64,000 nt of DNA from Psammoneis japonica (Eukaryota): contig QPGO01000019.1 of NCBI GenBank assembly GCA_008632985.1, forward strand, positions 372,001 through 436,000, read 5' to 3'. The position numbers and the translations under genes were made by a program. Positions 25,388-37,347 of the stretch are shown piece after piece. The notes beneath the pieces are model-generated. The model did not search any database. It was not told where the DNA came from and saw only the letters and a list, made by a program, of their open reading frames with translations. The first letter of the stretch is position 1. Every line of letters starts with the position of its first letter.

Positions 25388-26601
25388 ATGGCAAACGACG
25401 ACATCAGTGTCGCGTCCTATTCAAGCGCTCGCACCGTCAAGACATCTAACGTGAGCGCCGCGACCAAGAAGAAAAAGGTGAGTTCGACTTGTTGTAGTAA
25501 TTGTGGAGGCTCTTTCGGAAGTGTCGTGGTCTCTTTGTATAGAACTATCCCTTGTACGTGACGCAATGTATGGATCCGTCGACTTGCTGTGAAGATGCGG
25601 TTGTCTGCCAACGTCTCGGCAATTTCTTTCTTGAATCGCTAGATTGAAAGCGCCTCGTCATACCCCGAGAAAGAGCCGTTATCGAGATGAGCTCCATTTT
25701 CCCTGTGCTGATTGCCGTTACTTTGGGTCGTACGTGGGCTTGGGTACAAATTCTACGCGGCAGCCGTTTCACCGAAGACCGCGAAAAGCAGAGACGCCTC
25801 AGATTTCGTGTCATTTTCCTGACCACGTTGTTGTTTGCGTCTCCCTTGTGCCTTCAATTCGTTAGAAAGAGAAGGCTATATCTCCAAGAAAGGCCATCAT
25901 GGCATCAGAAAGTGATGAATCTTCTGTTCCTGGAATGGGTAAGTTTCTAGACTCCTTTCAACTCTTCCGTGGCCTTCATGTGATTGATTGCTCACCCCTT
26001 GCCCTTGTTCATGATGTCGTTTTCTTTCACCAAAGGTGCGACACTGACTATGGTTGGTGTCGCGGAGATCATTGTGAAGTTGCAGAATACTGGTTTGGAT
26101 GATTACGAACAGTGGAATGAGCATTTTCTTCGATTCAGGCACTTTGTCGGCCTTCTCCCCCCTGATTTGAAAGAGCCATTTCTTCAGCAGCTTTCCAATC
26201 TTATTGATCATCGTGATCGCTTGATCTCTTTGGAGCATCAAACTGCCGAGAAAGAAGAACAGATCAATCGGCTGAAAGATCGAAACGGATGGCTGAAAGG
26301 TCAAAACGGACGGCTTCAAGAGCGCGTGGAAGATTTGAATACAAGGCTTTCCGAGGCAGAAAAGAAGGGCGACCGTGACCAAGCTGAGATGCTCGAGAAG
26401 CTCCGTGAGGTTAACGTACGGGTCAACAGGTCTAGCAAGCGGGCTTTGGAATCGATGAAGCGCGATAATCAAATCATTCCTTCTGCTAACAAAAAGGCCC
26501 GTACTGCCTCTTCACCCGACACCGTTTCACGTAACGGCTCGTCTTCGTCCAGCAGCGACTCGAATAGGACTGCAGTGTCCCCACTACGAGAAGCGTGTTA
26601 A
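25388..26601 (+). CDS. Three-exon coiled-coil protein of unknown function (exons 25388-25477, 25866-25938, 26036-26601)
   Basis: GTGAGT and GTAAGT donors with AG acceptors join in frame: MANDDISVASYSS...KKKK|KEKAISPRK...PGMG|ATLTMVGVAEIIVKLQ. The exon structure is conserved in the neighbouring paralog. Confidence 0.65.
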
Positions 26602-28895
26602 GATAGCGACAACCCCGGTGCATGGGCTGTAGGTGGAGGAAAACAGCTTCCCGTAGACTTGGTTTTGGCAATTGGAAACGATTCAGGCGATCAAGTTTCT
26701 AGTCTTGGAGAATCGCCGCCCTTAGGAAGCCGCGCAGCTGGCCAGGAGGGAAATAGCTGTGGGGTGTCTTCGACTGTTGAGGAATACAGTTCCAGTGACA
26801 ACGACGGCAATCTTGATGCTTGATTGAAATGGTAACAAGAAGCGGCGACGGCGGGGAACGATTCCACATGAAGGTGCCAACGGAATGACATGTAATACGG
26901 TATACCTAAAGTAATGAGTAGTAGTTGCGTCTCAGTGAAAAACGTTCAACTTAATGACTCTCTAGAAGATTCTCGTTCTTTTGTTGTTTAGGGTAGGAGA
27001 AAAATTCAAGGGCAAACGGAGCAATCCTTGCTTTTGCAATATAGGCTGTTATTTCTTGGCGATGGCAAGAGAGTTGTGGCGTGCAGCAGCCTCCGACACG
27101 AGTGGAAAGACTTAACTAGCTCGGTATGAAACTCTGTGATACTATCCTTTAGTGCCCTCCTACTAGAGTGCATCTAAACAACCACACCACAGAATAGACA
27201 CAACCGGTGATGCTCGCTCACACCTTCTTGCGTACTAAGATATCATGCCGAGAAGATAAAAAGCTACTGTACTCGTATCAAAATTTGCATGTTTTTACAA
27301 CAACATCAGACCTCCACGATTTAATCCGAGATCCAAGATTCGGAATTTGCGGTGCCGCGATGCTCAGTCTCGAATCCCGCGTGAACCGAGTCACGAATGC
27401 GATGTTCATCCCCCCTCGAGCTCAAACACAGCTTCGAGCTTTTCTTTAGATGGCGGCAGCTGCATCTGCTCATTAAAAAAAAACTGCTCATAATCTTTCT
27501 AACGCACTGATTGTCACCTCTCAACTTTTGGCACAACAAAGTCACTGATTTTACAGCTTTTAAGGTGGGCCGTCGGCTTGTTTTTTTCGCACGTCTTTTC
27601 CGGGTTTTTGCGCGTTTTTGACGGGGCGCGACAGAAAATGACACGACAAAAGCACGAGCGACAATGATGATGTTCACAACGAGCGGTGAGTTGCAAAGCA
27701 TCACCTCACGAGGGACACTCATTGGTTTTATTGTCATCGTGTGGTGCAGATTGATTTGTGTGCTTTCGTCCCTCGTGCCACTGGGCCAATTTTGAGAGAT
27801 GGCGTAATTGCCATCATCGTCGTGCTTTGATCACGGTGCCTGATGTTCTCGTTTTCGTGGGCGATCGAACAATTCTTGCATTTAAAACCAACAATTGTGA
27901 ATGAACAAATTCAAACACATTGCCAACTCCAGGGCAAACGCGGAAAAAACAGGTCGGCGGTCCCCCTCAATCACCTGAAGGAAGTGCAGACGAATCCCAG
28001 AACTCAGGCTGCTTTCCCACAGGTTCGGGTGTGGCCATTGTGGAAAGTGGAAATGTCTCATCATCACAACAATCAAATTGTGCATCATGCTGACAAGGAA
28101 AAACTGACAACGACACATTTTTTATCCACGATTGGAGGTGACGCACACAAAGTTTGGGTTCTGTTGCAAAATGACTGCTCCGATTGTCGCCCTTTTACTT
28201 TGATGCCTCTGTGCTTCCACCACGCAAACCTCATCAAACGGCAATGAAAAAAAGCCCCCTGTGGCACCACCATTCTATCTCCACAACTGCGCACATGTGG
28301 CTCCACCAATCATTCAGGAGCGCCAACCACGTGTGGATTGATTGCACCCCAGCAGCAGAGCTGTTGTTCGAGCTTCTGAGTCTCCACCAAATTGGCAAAG
28401 AAATGTTGCCAGCATGACCAGATGCACAAGCAAGGCAGTTTTGGACAATGTCACAGAGAAACAGCAGGGGCAGGATCATGCCTGGGCTCAATGCACTTGT
28501 GCAGAGCTGCTCACGGTGTGCAAAGTCCTCCTGCTGAGTTCTTCGGCCACACGCCACAAAACGCGCCCCCCGAAGAACCCCAAGTGATGAGCACCAACTT
28601 GAGCCCACATTTTTCATGTGGTGAGCTTGCTTTTGTCAGCATTTCAGAGATCAGACCAAGGAGATGTTGACACATCATCTTGCCAATCATGAAGGTCCAA
28701 AGTCACCACGCTTTAGAAAGCAGAGGCTGGCCTCACTTTTTTGGCTTGTTGCTTTGGCTTGTCACTCCTGTCTGCACAAAACTCAGACTTGATCATCTTG
28801 GTTGTTCTCTTTGAACACACTGCTTCTGTCCCACCAGCAGGGTGAGCTGTGTTGTCACTGCAAGCACCAACAAGGAGAGAGAAGTGCAAAGCACC

Positions 28896-29289
28896 AATGT
28901 GCTCCAGCTCCAGGTGGGACCTTGCACTGCTGAGCTGTGTGACATCGACAGTTTTTTGGATTGTGCCGCATGTTGCACAAGTGGAAAGGTGTGCAACTTT
29001 TATGACAACATGTGTCATTTTGTGGTGCACTTGTTGAGTGATCCATCCAACAACTTCTGACATTTTTTGTTGCAGTGCAACATTCTGCAATGTCTCAAGA
29101 GTTGTGCAGGGCAGGTGCATTTGCAAAAATGTCGAGTGGCAAGAGGCACAATTGTGCCACAAACTTGGCCACTCATTTGATGTTAAAGACAATTGCATCC
29201 ATTGATGAAATTCTTGCACTGTGGAGCTTGCGCGCAGAATTCTGTGGGCCCAATGTCACACGGACTCCCACCCAGGACTGGAGCCCGTC
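28896..29289 (-). mobile_element. ~395-bp MITE, copy A (TSD cacc/cgcc)
   Basis: Termini aatgtgctccagctccaggtgggac ... ctcccacccaggactggagcccgtc. Reverse-orientation homolog of copies at 53299, 54173 and 59105. Confidence 0.8.
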
Positions 29290-29469
29290 CGCCGCCTCTT
29301 CCTCTGTGCAAGATCATTGACAAGGCCCAGGGCTTGACAGCTGTTGCTGCTGTCAAGGCCTTTCTTCATGACTTTGATCCCAGGGCAAAGCCACTGCATG
29401 CTGCAAGCAGCAGCATGCCTGGCTCCGGCATTTCTGCCAAGCCCTCATGAGTGTGCAGAGGAGCTGTTT

Positions 29470-29915
29470 GCAACACACAGCTGCTGACAAGAGTCAATGC
29501 ATCACGGCGACGTGTTGCAGCCTTTAAATGTCACAAAGGGCATGACAAAAATGATGTTTTGTCTGCACGCATGCTGCGCCATGAATTCACAGCGGAGTGG
29601 TTCATCGCAACCATTGGGCAGGAGGCCAGGGGTTCGAAACCCTGAGCGGGAGTTGTCTGCAGCAACGTTGATCACTGTCGAACGCGCAAAACTCTGTGCA
29701 GTTCTGCACGTTCCTTCGTGCGCACCCACACTGTTCCGCCAAAACCGTGCAGTGTCAGCACACGTTAGTAAAGAGCCGCATGGACGCATGACACATGGGG
29801 AGGAGTGCAACACACAGCTGCCAATGAGAGTCAATGCATCACAGCAACGTGTTGCAGCCTTTAAATGTCACAAAGAGCGTGACAAAAATGGCCTTTTGTC
29901 TGCGTGCATGCTGCA
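29470..29915. repeat. Dispersed direct repeat, ~110 bp x2
   Basis: caacacacagctg...gagtcaatgcatcac...gtgttgcagcctttaaatgtcacaaag occurs at ~29471 and ~29808. Confidence 0.85.
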
Positions 29916-30055
29916 TGTTGCCACCTTCAAAACTTCCTCACCACCTCTTGGCATCTTTCCCAATTCTCTTGCTCTTGTCAACCATGTGTTCAACCGCTGC
30001 TGCACCTCACCTGTTCTGTGACCAAACCACCTCTCTGTTCTTTTTAAAAGGCTGG

Positions 30056-31343
30056 CCCTTCAACCACCAGGGGAGCAAATCTCCGCGGGTGGAGATTTGC
30101 TCTGCTTGCAAATTTGTGACGTGTCATGCACTTTTACAATGTTGCAATGAAGACAGCACAAAAATGTCATTCCACGTGCAATCTGCACAAAGTGTGCCAA
30201 GCGCACTTGCTCATTGGGAGCAAATCTCCGCCGGCAGAGATTTGCTCTGAGGGTGTGGCATTGTTGCTCCATTTGTGACAGCAATTCATGATGACCTCCA
30301 TTGTCAAAGGTTGAGATTTGGTTCCTCTCTGCTCATGGACGAAGCTTGCAAAAAACCCAGCATCAAGGATGGATCCACGTGCTGCGGTCTGTTTTTTGGG
30401 AGCATGCAATTTTTACAAAAATGACCCGGATGCATTGCATCAAATGTGGGCGCATTCGCAAAACAATTTTCAGCGATGGGTCAAACTTTGTCCATTTGCC
30501 AGACACCCTCTAGAGTGCTTGAATGACAGGTGTGGCCATGTGCGACTTTTACCTTGTCGACTGCAGACATGTCTGCAGCCAGTCAAATGCCACTTGTCAG
30601 CATGTTTCCCGGAAAGTCGCCGCCAATCTCCCACAAGAAGCCCGGTTTTAGCAAAAATTGGCGGTTTTTTTGACCTGACAACAGGGCACAGGCCGACAAG
30701 TGGCATTTGAAGCACCAAATGTGCAGCTCTTAAAGCCATCTGACAGCCCCTGTGAGGGTTTGATGAGTGCACAAGTGTTCGGGGGGGGGGGGGGGGGGGG
30801 CATTCCAGCTCCAGGTGATCCGCTTTTCATCACGCGAGAGGCCGATTTTCTGCGCAGTTTGGCACAATTGACTCCTTCAACTTTGATCGTTTCGAAAATC
30901 GAAAGGTGGGTGAGTGCACACCCGAAAACACATGCAAAGTGCACACTTGCCCTTCGATTTGGCAAAAAACAGATTTGGAAAAAGTCAATTGTGCCAAATG
31001 CACAAATTGCCAAATGATGGAAATCGAACCCGCTCGGAGCACCTGGAGCTGGAACAGGCCGGGGGGGTGTTCCGAGGCAGGTCAAAACAACACGATGAAG
31101 TGCGGGAAATGCAAGCCATTTTAAATTAGACCACAGCACGCAGATCCATTTAAAAGTCGACATTGAACTTTCTCAATTGCAAAAAGGGTTCCCCCAGATT
31201 TTCGGCAAGTGCGCGTTTCAAAACAAAATCGCGAATGAAACATGTGCACATTGTCTGAAATTGCTCAATTTACTGCATTTGTGACGCAAGCGAGCAAATC
31301 TCCACCCGTGGAGATTTGCTCAAGCCCCCCGGTGGTTGAAGGG
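30056..31343. mobile_element. Non-autonomous TIR element with piggyBac-like CCCTT termini
   Basis: TIR cccttcaaccacc (30056) / ggtggttgaaggg (ending 31343). Subterminal 30-bp palindromes gagcaaatctcc-N6-ggagatttgctc at 30073, 30218 (imperfect) and 31292. Flanks ctgg/ttag are not a canonical TTAA. Confidence 0.75.
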
Positions 31344-31616
31344 TTAGCTGCTCTGTCTATGGTGCAGCAGAGAGCACGAGCCTCATGCACATGTTGTGCA
31401 CGCGCCCTTTCTACACCTTACCGTCTGTCCCTCCCACCGTCCAACTCATGCGTTGCGTTGCGTTGCGTTGCGCCCGCGCGCTTCGGTTGTCGTCAGTCGT
31501 CGTCTGTCGTCATTTCGTCATGCTCGAAACATGAAAAAATGAACACGGCGTTACCGACCGATATGCTACGACGACGGAACGCACAATAGTAAGCGATTGC
31601 TTTCTCTCGAGTCCGT

Positions 31617-33059
31617 TTGCATATTCTTGTTGGCATGCCGAAAGAGAACTCCAAGAGTCAGTTCCATTTGTGGAAGTCATCAGCATGTCCAACCAGTGCA
31701 AAAGCGATGCTGAAGATATTTGGGGTCCTCGCTTTTCTATCGCTTTTCGCTGTCTCTGTGTTGCACGGGATGCTCGAATCGAGAAACATGGGAAGCCCAA
31801 ATGCAGATTTCCTCGAGGAGGTTTCTCAAGACCCCCCGACAATCCCATTCTACGTTTACCCACCAGAGCAATTTCCCTCGTTTTGGGGTCCAAACAGCAC
31901 TTGTGACTACTCAGTGCTTCGTACCTCAAAGCTCGACGCATACATTCACGCGATTCAAGCCATGAAACGGCATCCCTGGAGGACAATGAACCCTGAGGAA
32001 GCATTTATTGCGTTCATACCAATATCGATTGACCCTTGGAAACGTGGTCAATGCCCAGGAGTGACGGAAAAGGACATCTTGGAAGAATTGCAAAAAGTCA
32101 TGAAAGAAAGTCCCATCTTTCCAAGCAAGCGGCACCTCTTTATTGCTCATGATTTTAGAAGTTTTTCGCTGGCCGAGAAGATTACTTATTCCTTGTTCTC
32201 GCCAACAAGTCTAATCTGGGGTGGAAGGGAAGAAGGTATCGGTGACTGCAAGATTTTGATTCCTCACACATCCAACTACGCATCCCTCATGTCGCTGCGT
32301 AGCCCAAATGAATGGAGAACTCCCGGATATGCTGCTACGACACCACGTCCTTACTCGGTCCACATGGTGGGGCAAGTGGACAGCAGAAAAGCGTATCGGG
32401 ATCGTAAGGCTCTCTTCTTGTCAAACCGGACAACCAGTGTCCCCCATTCAATTATTACAACAACCTATGTTCCGGAGGCCCATGATCGATTTATAGAGAC
32501 GAATCGGCTTCGATTTTGCTCTTCTTCAAACGACACCGACAGATGTCTGAGGAAGGAAAACATCGATCGCTTTGAAAGTCAGCAAACACAAGAAATGTCT
32601 AATTTTACCCTTGCTCTAAGAGGCGATAATTTGAGCTCTGACAGATGGATCAATGGCATGTCAGCTGGGACGGCAATGATCCAAGTTATCAAGGATGACG
32701 CAGGATGGGAATGGTTTCCATATCCTTGCGCCATTCCATGGGAAGATTTTGTGCTTACCATCAATCAGACAGAATTTCGTTCCGATCCGGTCGGTTGCAT
32801 CAATCGATTGATCTCGCCAAAAAATCTTCCCGAACAAGAGCTGCTGAAGCTGCAGAGGCAAAGTCTGCATTACGTGTCGGACATTGACTGGACCAGTCAT
32901 TCCTCACGAGCATTGGAGAATCTCCTGAGAGAAGCCTTCTTCATACCTTGTAGCTCATACGATCCCTTGCCCCCTTTGCGAGAACAAGCTTGGTGTAACG
33001 AAAGTCGCCGACAAGCACGTCAAAGGGCTAAAGATCAATTGCCACTTGTCACTCCATAA
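31617..33059 (+). CDS. Exostosin-family glycosyltransferase (GT47), type II membrane protein; likely start ATG at 31707
   Basis: Signal anchor MLKIFGVLAFLSLFAVSVL; motifs IPFYVYP, HPWRTMNPEEA, SNFTLALRGDNLSSDRW and FPYPCAIPWEDF. Confidence 0.85.
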   Translation: MHILVGMPKENSKSQFHLWKSSACPTSAKAMLKIFGVLAFLSLFAVSVLHGMLESRNMGSPNADFLEEVSQDPPTIPFYVYPPEQFPSFWGPNSTCDYSVLRTSKLDAYIHAIQAMKRHPWRTMNPEEAFIAFIPISIDPWKRGQCPGVTEKDILEELQKVMKESPIFPSKRHLFIAHDFRSFSLAEKITYSLFSPTSLIWGGREEGIGDCKILIPHTSNYASLMSLRSPNEWRTPGYAATTPRPYSVHMVGQVDSRKAYRDRKALFLSNRTTSVPHSIITTTYVPEAHDRFIETNRLRFCSSSNDTDRCLRKENIDRFESQQTQEMSNFTLALRGDNLSSDRWINGMSAGTAMIQVIKDDAGWEWFPYPCAIPWEDFVLTINQTEFRSDPVGCINRLISPKNLPEQELLKLQRQSLHYVSDIDWTSHSSRALENLLREAFFIPCSSYDPLPPLREQAWCNESRRQARQRAKDQLPLVTP

Positions 33060-33677
33060 CCAGAATAAGAGGATCTGATACCCATGCTGAGTGTCGACAC
33101 GTAATTTTTAAAAAAAAAATTTGAAAGTTTCTTGAGCTGTAGAAGAAGCTATCTGAGCTGCACCATTTGCGAGCATTCAGGATAAGCAAACCTATACGCC
33201 ATTGCACACGTTGGAATCAAATCCTGTTTTGGACTAGCTTGAAGCTACGTGGCTTGCACAGCTACTCACACGCGGCAAGGATTATGTCGTTGCTAGTATC
33301 AAACAGAAATTCCCTATCAAAGTCACTCTGTCAACACGAAGAGATCACTCACACTTGCCGTCCCTTTATTGCTAGAAGTAGTACGTTGTTTTACAATACA
33401 CAAGATATTGTGCATGTGTGAAGGCTTTCTTTGTTTATCTACTCTGCACGTAAGCATCCTCCCGCTCTGGGAAGAGTAATAGGGTACCACCCAGTCACAC
33501 ATCAAGTCTTCTCTGCATGCATTCTCCCGATTGCAGCTCCCATTCGTACTTGACATAACAGCACGAACCGCAATTGCTGTATATTACAAGCTCTACACTA
33601 TCCCTCACGGCAAGAGCTGTCACAGCGCTCTTTGTAACCAACAGCCTCAGACCGCGCCACAAGAAGTTGGCACCAGC

Positions 33678-34200
33678 TTACATTCGTTTTGGGCGGCGTT
33701 TCGCTTTTAAATGAGAGGTTCCGTAGAAGGCGTGACATCTGTCAAGGTTCCAGGGCTGTGGCAATCGTACAATCTGAGGAGGATCGCGTTTCATTTGAAG
33801 CAAGGCCCAGTACACCCCCTGGTCGCCATGAGGGGATTGCAAGATGCCATCTCCTGGATGTCCCCATGGTGAACGAGCGTGTCCTTTATTTGCCTCTTGT
33901 TGAGTTGCAAGCGCCGTCATGAACTGGGCTGGGTAAGGGTCGTTCTTTTGCAGTTCAGCCAAGTTTAATACTACAATGCAACTGCACATATTCCCAGATG
34001 CATTTAGCTCCTGTCCTTCATTATGAAGAGGCATTCGATAGAGCCATTTATCTTGCTTTGAGGGCAGCTGAGGGATTAAGCCCGCCGGATCCGTCATGAA
34101 GATCATGTCAGTGTCAACGACCACCACCGGTTCGTCTCTCCCAGAAAACAAAGGCAATCGGTGAACGAAAAGCTAACGGATATGATGCCACATGCACCAC
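33678..34200 (-). pseudogene. GT8-family glycosyltransferase fragment (disrupted, or an exon of a spliced gene)
   Basis: VVVDTDMIF (DxD), CSCIVVLNL, HGDQGVY and LPQPWN. An in-frame TAG lies just upstream (R*LFVHRLPLF). Confidence 0.55.
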
Positions 34201-34666
34201 CAAAGACACAGAGAACCCCATCAAATGGTTATCATAACAAGCCACAGCCCTCTTCAACCTCTGACAAGACAACGACCTGCAAAAGTTTTTACTCATCTTT
34301 CACTTAGAAAGTACCAGCAATGGAATGCCACTCATCCACTCGATTGAACGAACACTCGACACAGACTGACACAACCTCTCCCGACCACATTGATTACAGT
34401 GAGCTGCCTACCCTCACCAATGTGAGCTACCACCAACAGGTCGACCCGAAACTAAACTTCCTCCTGAACGCGGTACACAGAGACCACCTAGAACCCCATC
34501 ACTCCGAAAGTGACACCAGGCTCTCGTGCTACAACTCCAGCAATTCTTCGCCCTAAAGTTCTGCCTTATAGATGCCTCTGTTTTACAATCCTTTCCGGTT
34601 CAGGGATTCCAACCCTCAAGCCCTTCGACGTTGTTTCGATTTGGATGTCTCTTCCTCATTGTCCTT

Positions 34667-36868
34667 CTAGTCCTCGTTCTCGCGCAGCGGATTCCATCCC
34701 TCAAGCCTTTCGACTTTCATAAAACGAGTGTCCGCGTCAAACTGCCAACCAACATGCTTCCCACTATATTGTGCCCAAATATCATCTTCCCCTTCATCAT
34801 CGGCTCCTCTAAATCCAAAACGATTTTTATGTTTGAGCGGTGCGTGATCGTCGTACATGTCAAACTCGTCATCATAGGAACCATATATGTCGCTATATCC
34901 GCCCCCAAAGCGGTCCCAATCGTCGGCATCCATATCGTCATCACCCCAGCCGTACTCATCGTCTTCATCGAACTCAACACTGGAATCTTCAACAACTTTG
35001 GCATCCGAGCCTTTGCTTCTGCTTTCGCCGGCGTCCTTGCCAGCCGGTGAAGCTTCAATGTACTTGCCCCATTCCATGGGGAGAGCCAAGGTAGGATGAT
35101 GGGAAACACGAACTCCGGAGTTGGGTGCATATGCCCTTATCAAGGTGGTGCGAGGCACAAGCAGTCCCAGCCAACCGAAATTGGCAATGGCAAGATCCAT
35201 TCCAACATTTCTTTCAAAAACGACCTCATGAACAGGTGTCAATTTAGCCAAAATACGGAGACGTTTTTGGTTTTCTGCTTCCCTCTTCCTTTTCTTTTCT
35301 TGTCGACGCCATTCGTCATGACCTAGTTCTTTCTTTCCTCTGGCGACTTTTTCTTCATATTCTCGCTTTCTTTCTTCCCTGGTCAAGTGTGCTCGCTCTT
35401 GCACGCGTTTGCTATCTTCTTCTTTTCGTTTATTGTCCTCTTGTTCCTGCTTTTCCCAGCGCTTTTGTTCGTCCTCATGGGCCACAGGAATATCAATAAT
35501 TTTCGTTTCCAGATTCAGCGTAGAGTTCCAAACCAAACGCACCGGACCCAAGCCCTTGGTATCCTTCTTTAAGCGCACTTCAATGCGTATCAAGGGCAAA
35601 TCGTCTCCTTTTTCACAAATCACGAGGCAAAAGCCCTTTTTGTCCGTCTCATGAATCTGGGGTTCAATCTGAGAGGGTCGTTGGACCCGAATGGCTCTGA
35701 GATTTCGAATCGGAAAGTGTGCCGTACTCTCGTCCAACAAGAGTCCTGGAGTGTCCCACAAGGCTTGATTGTGATCTTCAAAGCAAGGTACTCGTACATT
35801 TTGCAAGGTAGTACCCGGTAAACTTGATTTGGTAATGCGTGATTCGCGAATCTTTTCTAAACGTCTCTTGCCCATGCGGTCGCCGAAATGTCCAGCCTTC
35901 ATGCCCCGCGAGGCAAGTTTGGTAATCAAAATATCGGTCAGAGTGCTCTTGCCAATATTGGCCGCTCCAATAATGTAGGGATCTCGTCCCTTCAAGTGTT
36001 GCCACAAATCATCGGTCAATTCGTTCAAACCGCCCGTCTTGTCGCGGTAGTCCGCTTCTTCGGAACACAAGTACACTTCGGCTGGAATGATATCCGACGC
36101 CAATCGCCGAAAGGTGGTTTTGAGTGTATCCATCTCGGCATGTCGTTCCCACACGTAGGGAGGCAGCAAGTCACATCGTGTCACGGCCAAGAGAATGGGA
36201 TTGCCTCCCACATAGTTGCGAATGGTTTTGATGAGACTGCCACTGATATTGACGGCATCGACACACAAGACCACCACGGCTTTTTCCTTGGTACGAATTT
36301 TGGACACTTCTTCCCGAAAGACTTGGGTCATTTTGGAATCCGGAGCCAACCCTTCGAGGGCTTGCAAGTCGATTTTGCCCTTTTTGGCTTGTTTTTGCAA
36401 CGTTTTGCAGCGTGGACAAAGGGCCCAATTTTTGATTTTGGCCTTGTGCAATTCTTGATTCTTGGTCGCCCAAAAACCCTTGCGTTTTTCGACGGTTTGC
36501 ATTTGTCCCCGTTGTTTACCGGTGACCAAGTCGGCGCCACAGCCGTAGCAATAGCCTGTACCGGAGCCTCGTTTGCCCACCACGGCAATGCCACTGCCTC
36601 GTTCTTTCGTTCGTTCTCGTGGGTGGGCAGCGAAACATCGGGTCAACGAGTGGTGGATGGATATGGGTGTCATGTGTCTTTGCTGTTGTGGGAAAGAACC
36701 GCTCTTCACACCAAAACCCATGCTACACGTTGATAAGGGCTGGCATGATGATGGATGGAGGGTTTGTGATGGGGGGCGTCGGACAAAGTTTTGGTAATTC
36801 CGGACACTGCTTCGCGTCGAACAGTGGCGCGAGACGAGACAAGGAAAAGACTTATGTATGTGAAACAT
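34667..36868 (-). CDS. NOA1: NOA1/YqeH-family circularly permuted GTPase with a probable organellar transit peptide
   Basis: CxxC...CxxC zinc motif (CYGCG, CPRC), then G4-like TRCD, G1 GAANIGKST, G2 PGTT and G3 DTPG in permuted order. R/S-rich N-terminus. Confidence 0.88.
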   Translation of the reverse strand: MFHIHKSFPCLVSRHCSTRSSVRNYQNFVRRPPSQTLHPSSCQPLSTCSMGFGVKSGSFPQQQRHMTPISIHHSLTRCFAAHPRERTKERGSGIAVVGKRGSGTGYCYGCGADLVTGKQRGQMQTVEKRKGFWATKNQELHKAKIKNWALCPRCKTLQKQAKKGKIDLQALEGLAPDSKMTQVFREEVSKIRTKEKAVVVLCVDAVNISGSLIKTIRNYVGGNPILLAVTRCDLLPPYVWERHAEMDTLKTTFRRLASDIIPAEVYLCSEEADYRDKTGGLNELTDDLWQHLKGRDPYIIGAANIGKSTLTDILITKLASRGMKAGHFGDRMGKRRLEKIRESRITKSSLPGTTLQNVRVPCFEDHNQALWDTPGLLLDESTAHFPIRNLRAIRVQRPSQIEPQIHETDKKGFCLVICEKGDDLPLIRIEVRLKKDTKGLGPVRLVWNSTLNLETKIIDIPVAHEDEQKRWEKQEQEDNKRKEEDSKRVQERAHLTREERKREYEEKVARGKKELGHDEWRRQEKKRKREAENQKRLRILAKLTPVHEVVFERNVGMDLAIANFGWLGLLVPRTTLIRAYAPNSGVRVSHHPTLALPMEWGKYIEASPAGKDAGESRSKGSDAKVVEDSSVEFDEDDEYGWGDDDMDADDWDRFGGGYSDIYGSYDDEFDMYDDHAPLKHKNRFGFRGADDEGEDDIWAQYSGKHVGWQFDADTRFMKVERLEGWNPLRENED

Positions 36869-37347
36869 TCCTCATCTGCGTAGCACCAACAGATCAATGT
36901 CCTTCGTAAGCGATAGAGAGAGTCCTTAACAAGGAAGTAAGTTTGCCACGTAAGATCGTCGGATGAAGAAGATCTTGTTGTCAGAGATGGAAATGATGCA
37001 GAGATACACGTGTACCATCAGCGCAACGATTTCAATCGCGGTTGGGTGCGTCTGATGACGAGTATGGCTCCAACTTCCGAACGATTTTGCGGGGGGGGGG
37101 CGCTGTTTTTACTTAAGGCCCCCCCACGAAATTCAACCTCATTTAAGCACCTGTGACATCCCCCCCCCTCATACAAAAAATCCGTAGAAGTGACAGTCGT
37201 CGTCGCGCGCCATCTTTTTGGCCTTTTTCTGGAACGCTTTTCATAACAACGACCCTCATCGTTGTTGCAAGTGCGTGCTTCATACTTCATTGACACCTTT
37301 CCTTTTCAACAAGGGTTTGTCAAGAGCCCCTTTGTGTTCTCATTGCC

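Noticed and set aside
30781..30800. G20 run as a functional G-quadruplex or a poly-Gly coding segment
   Set aside because: It is a simple homopolymer inside a non-coding TIR element, and its length is unreliable.
2887..31400. Hundreds of short overlapping ORFs in the track as real genes
   Set aside because: They are explained by loss of TAA/TAG stops and show no recognisable motifs.
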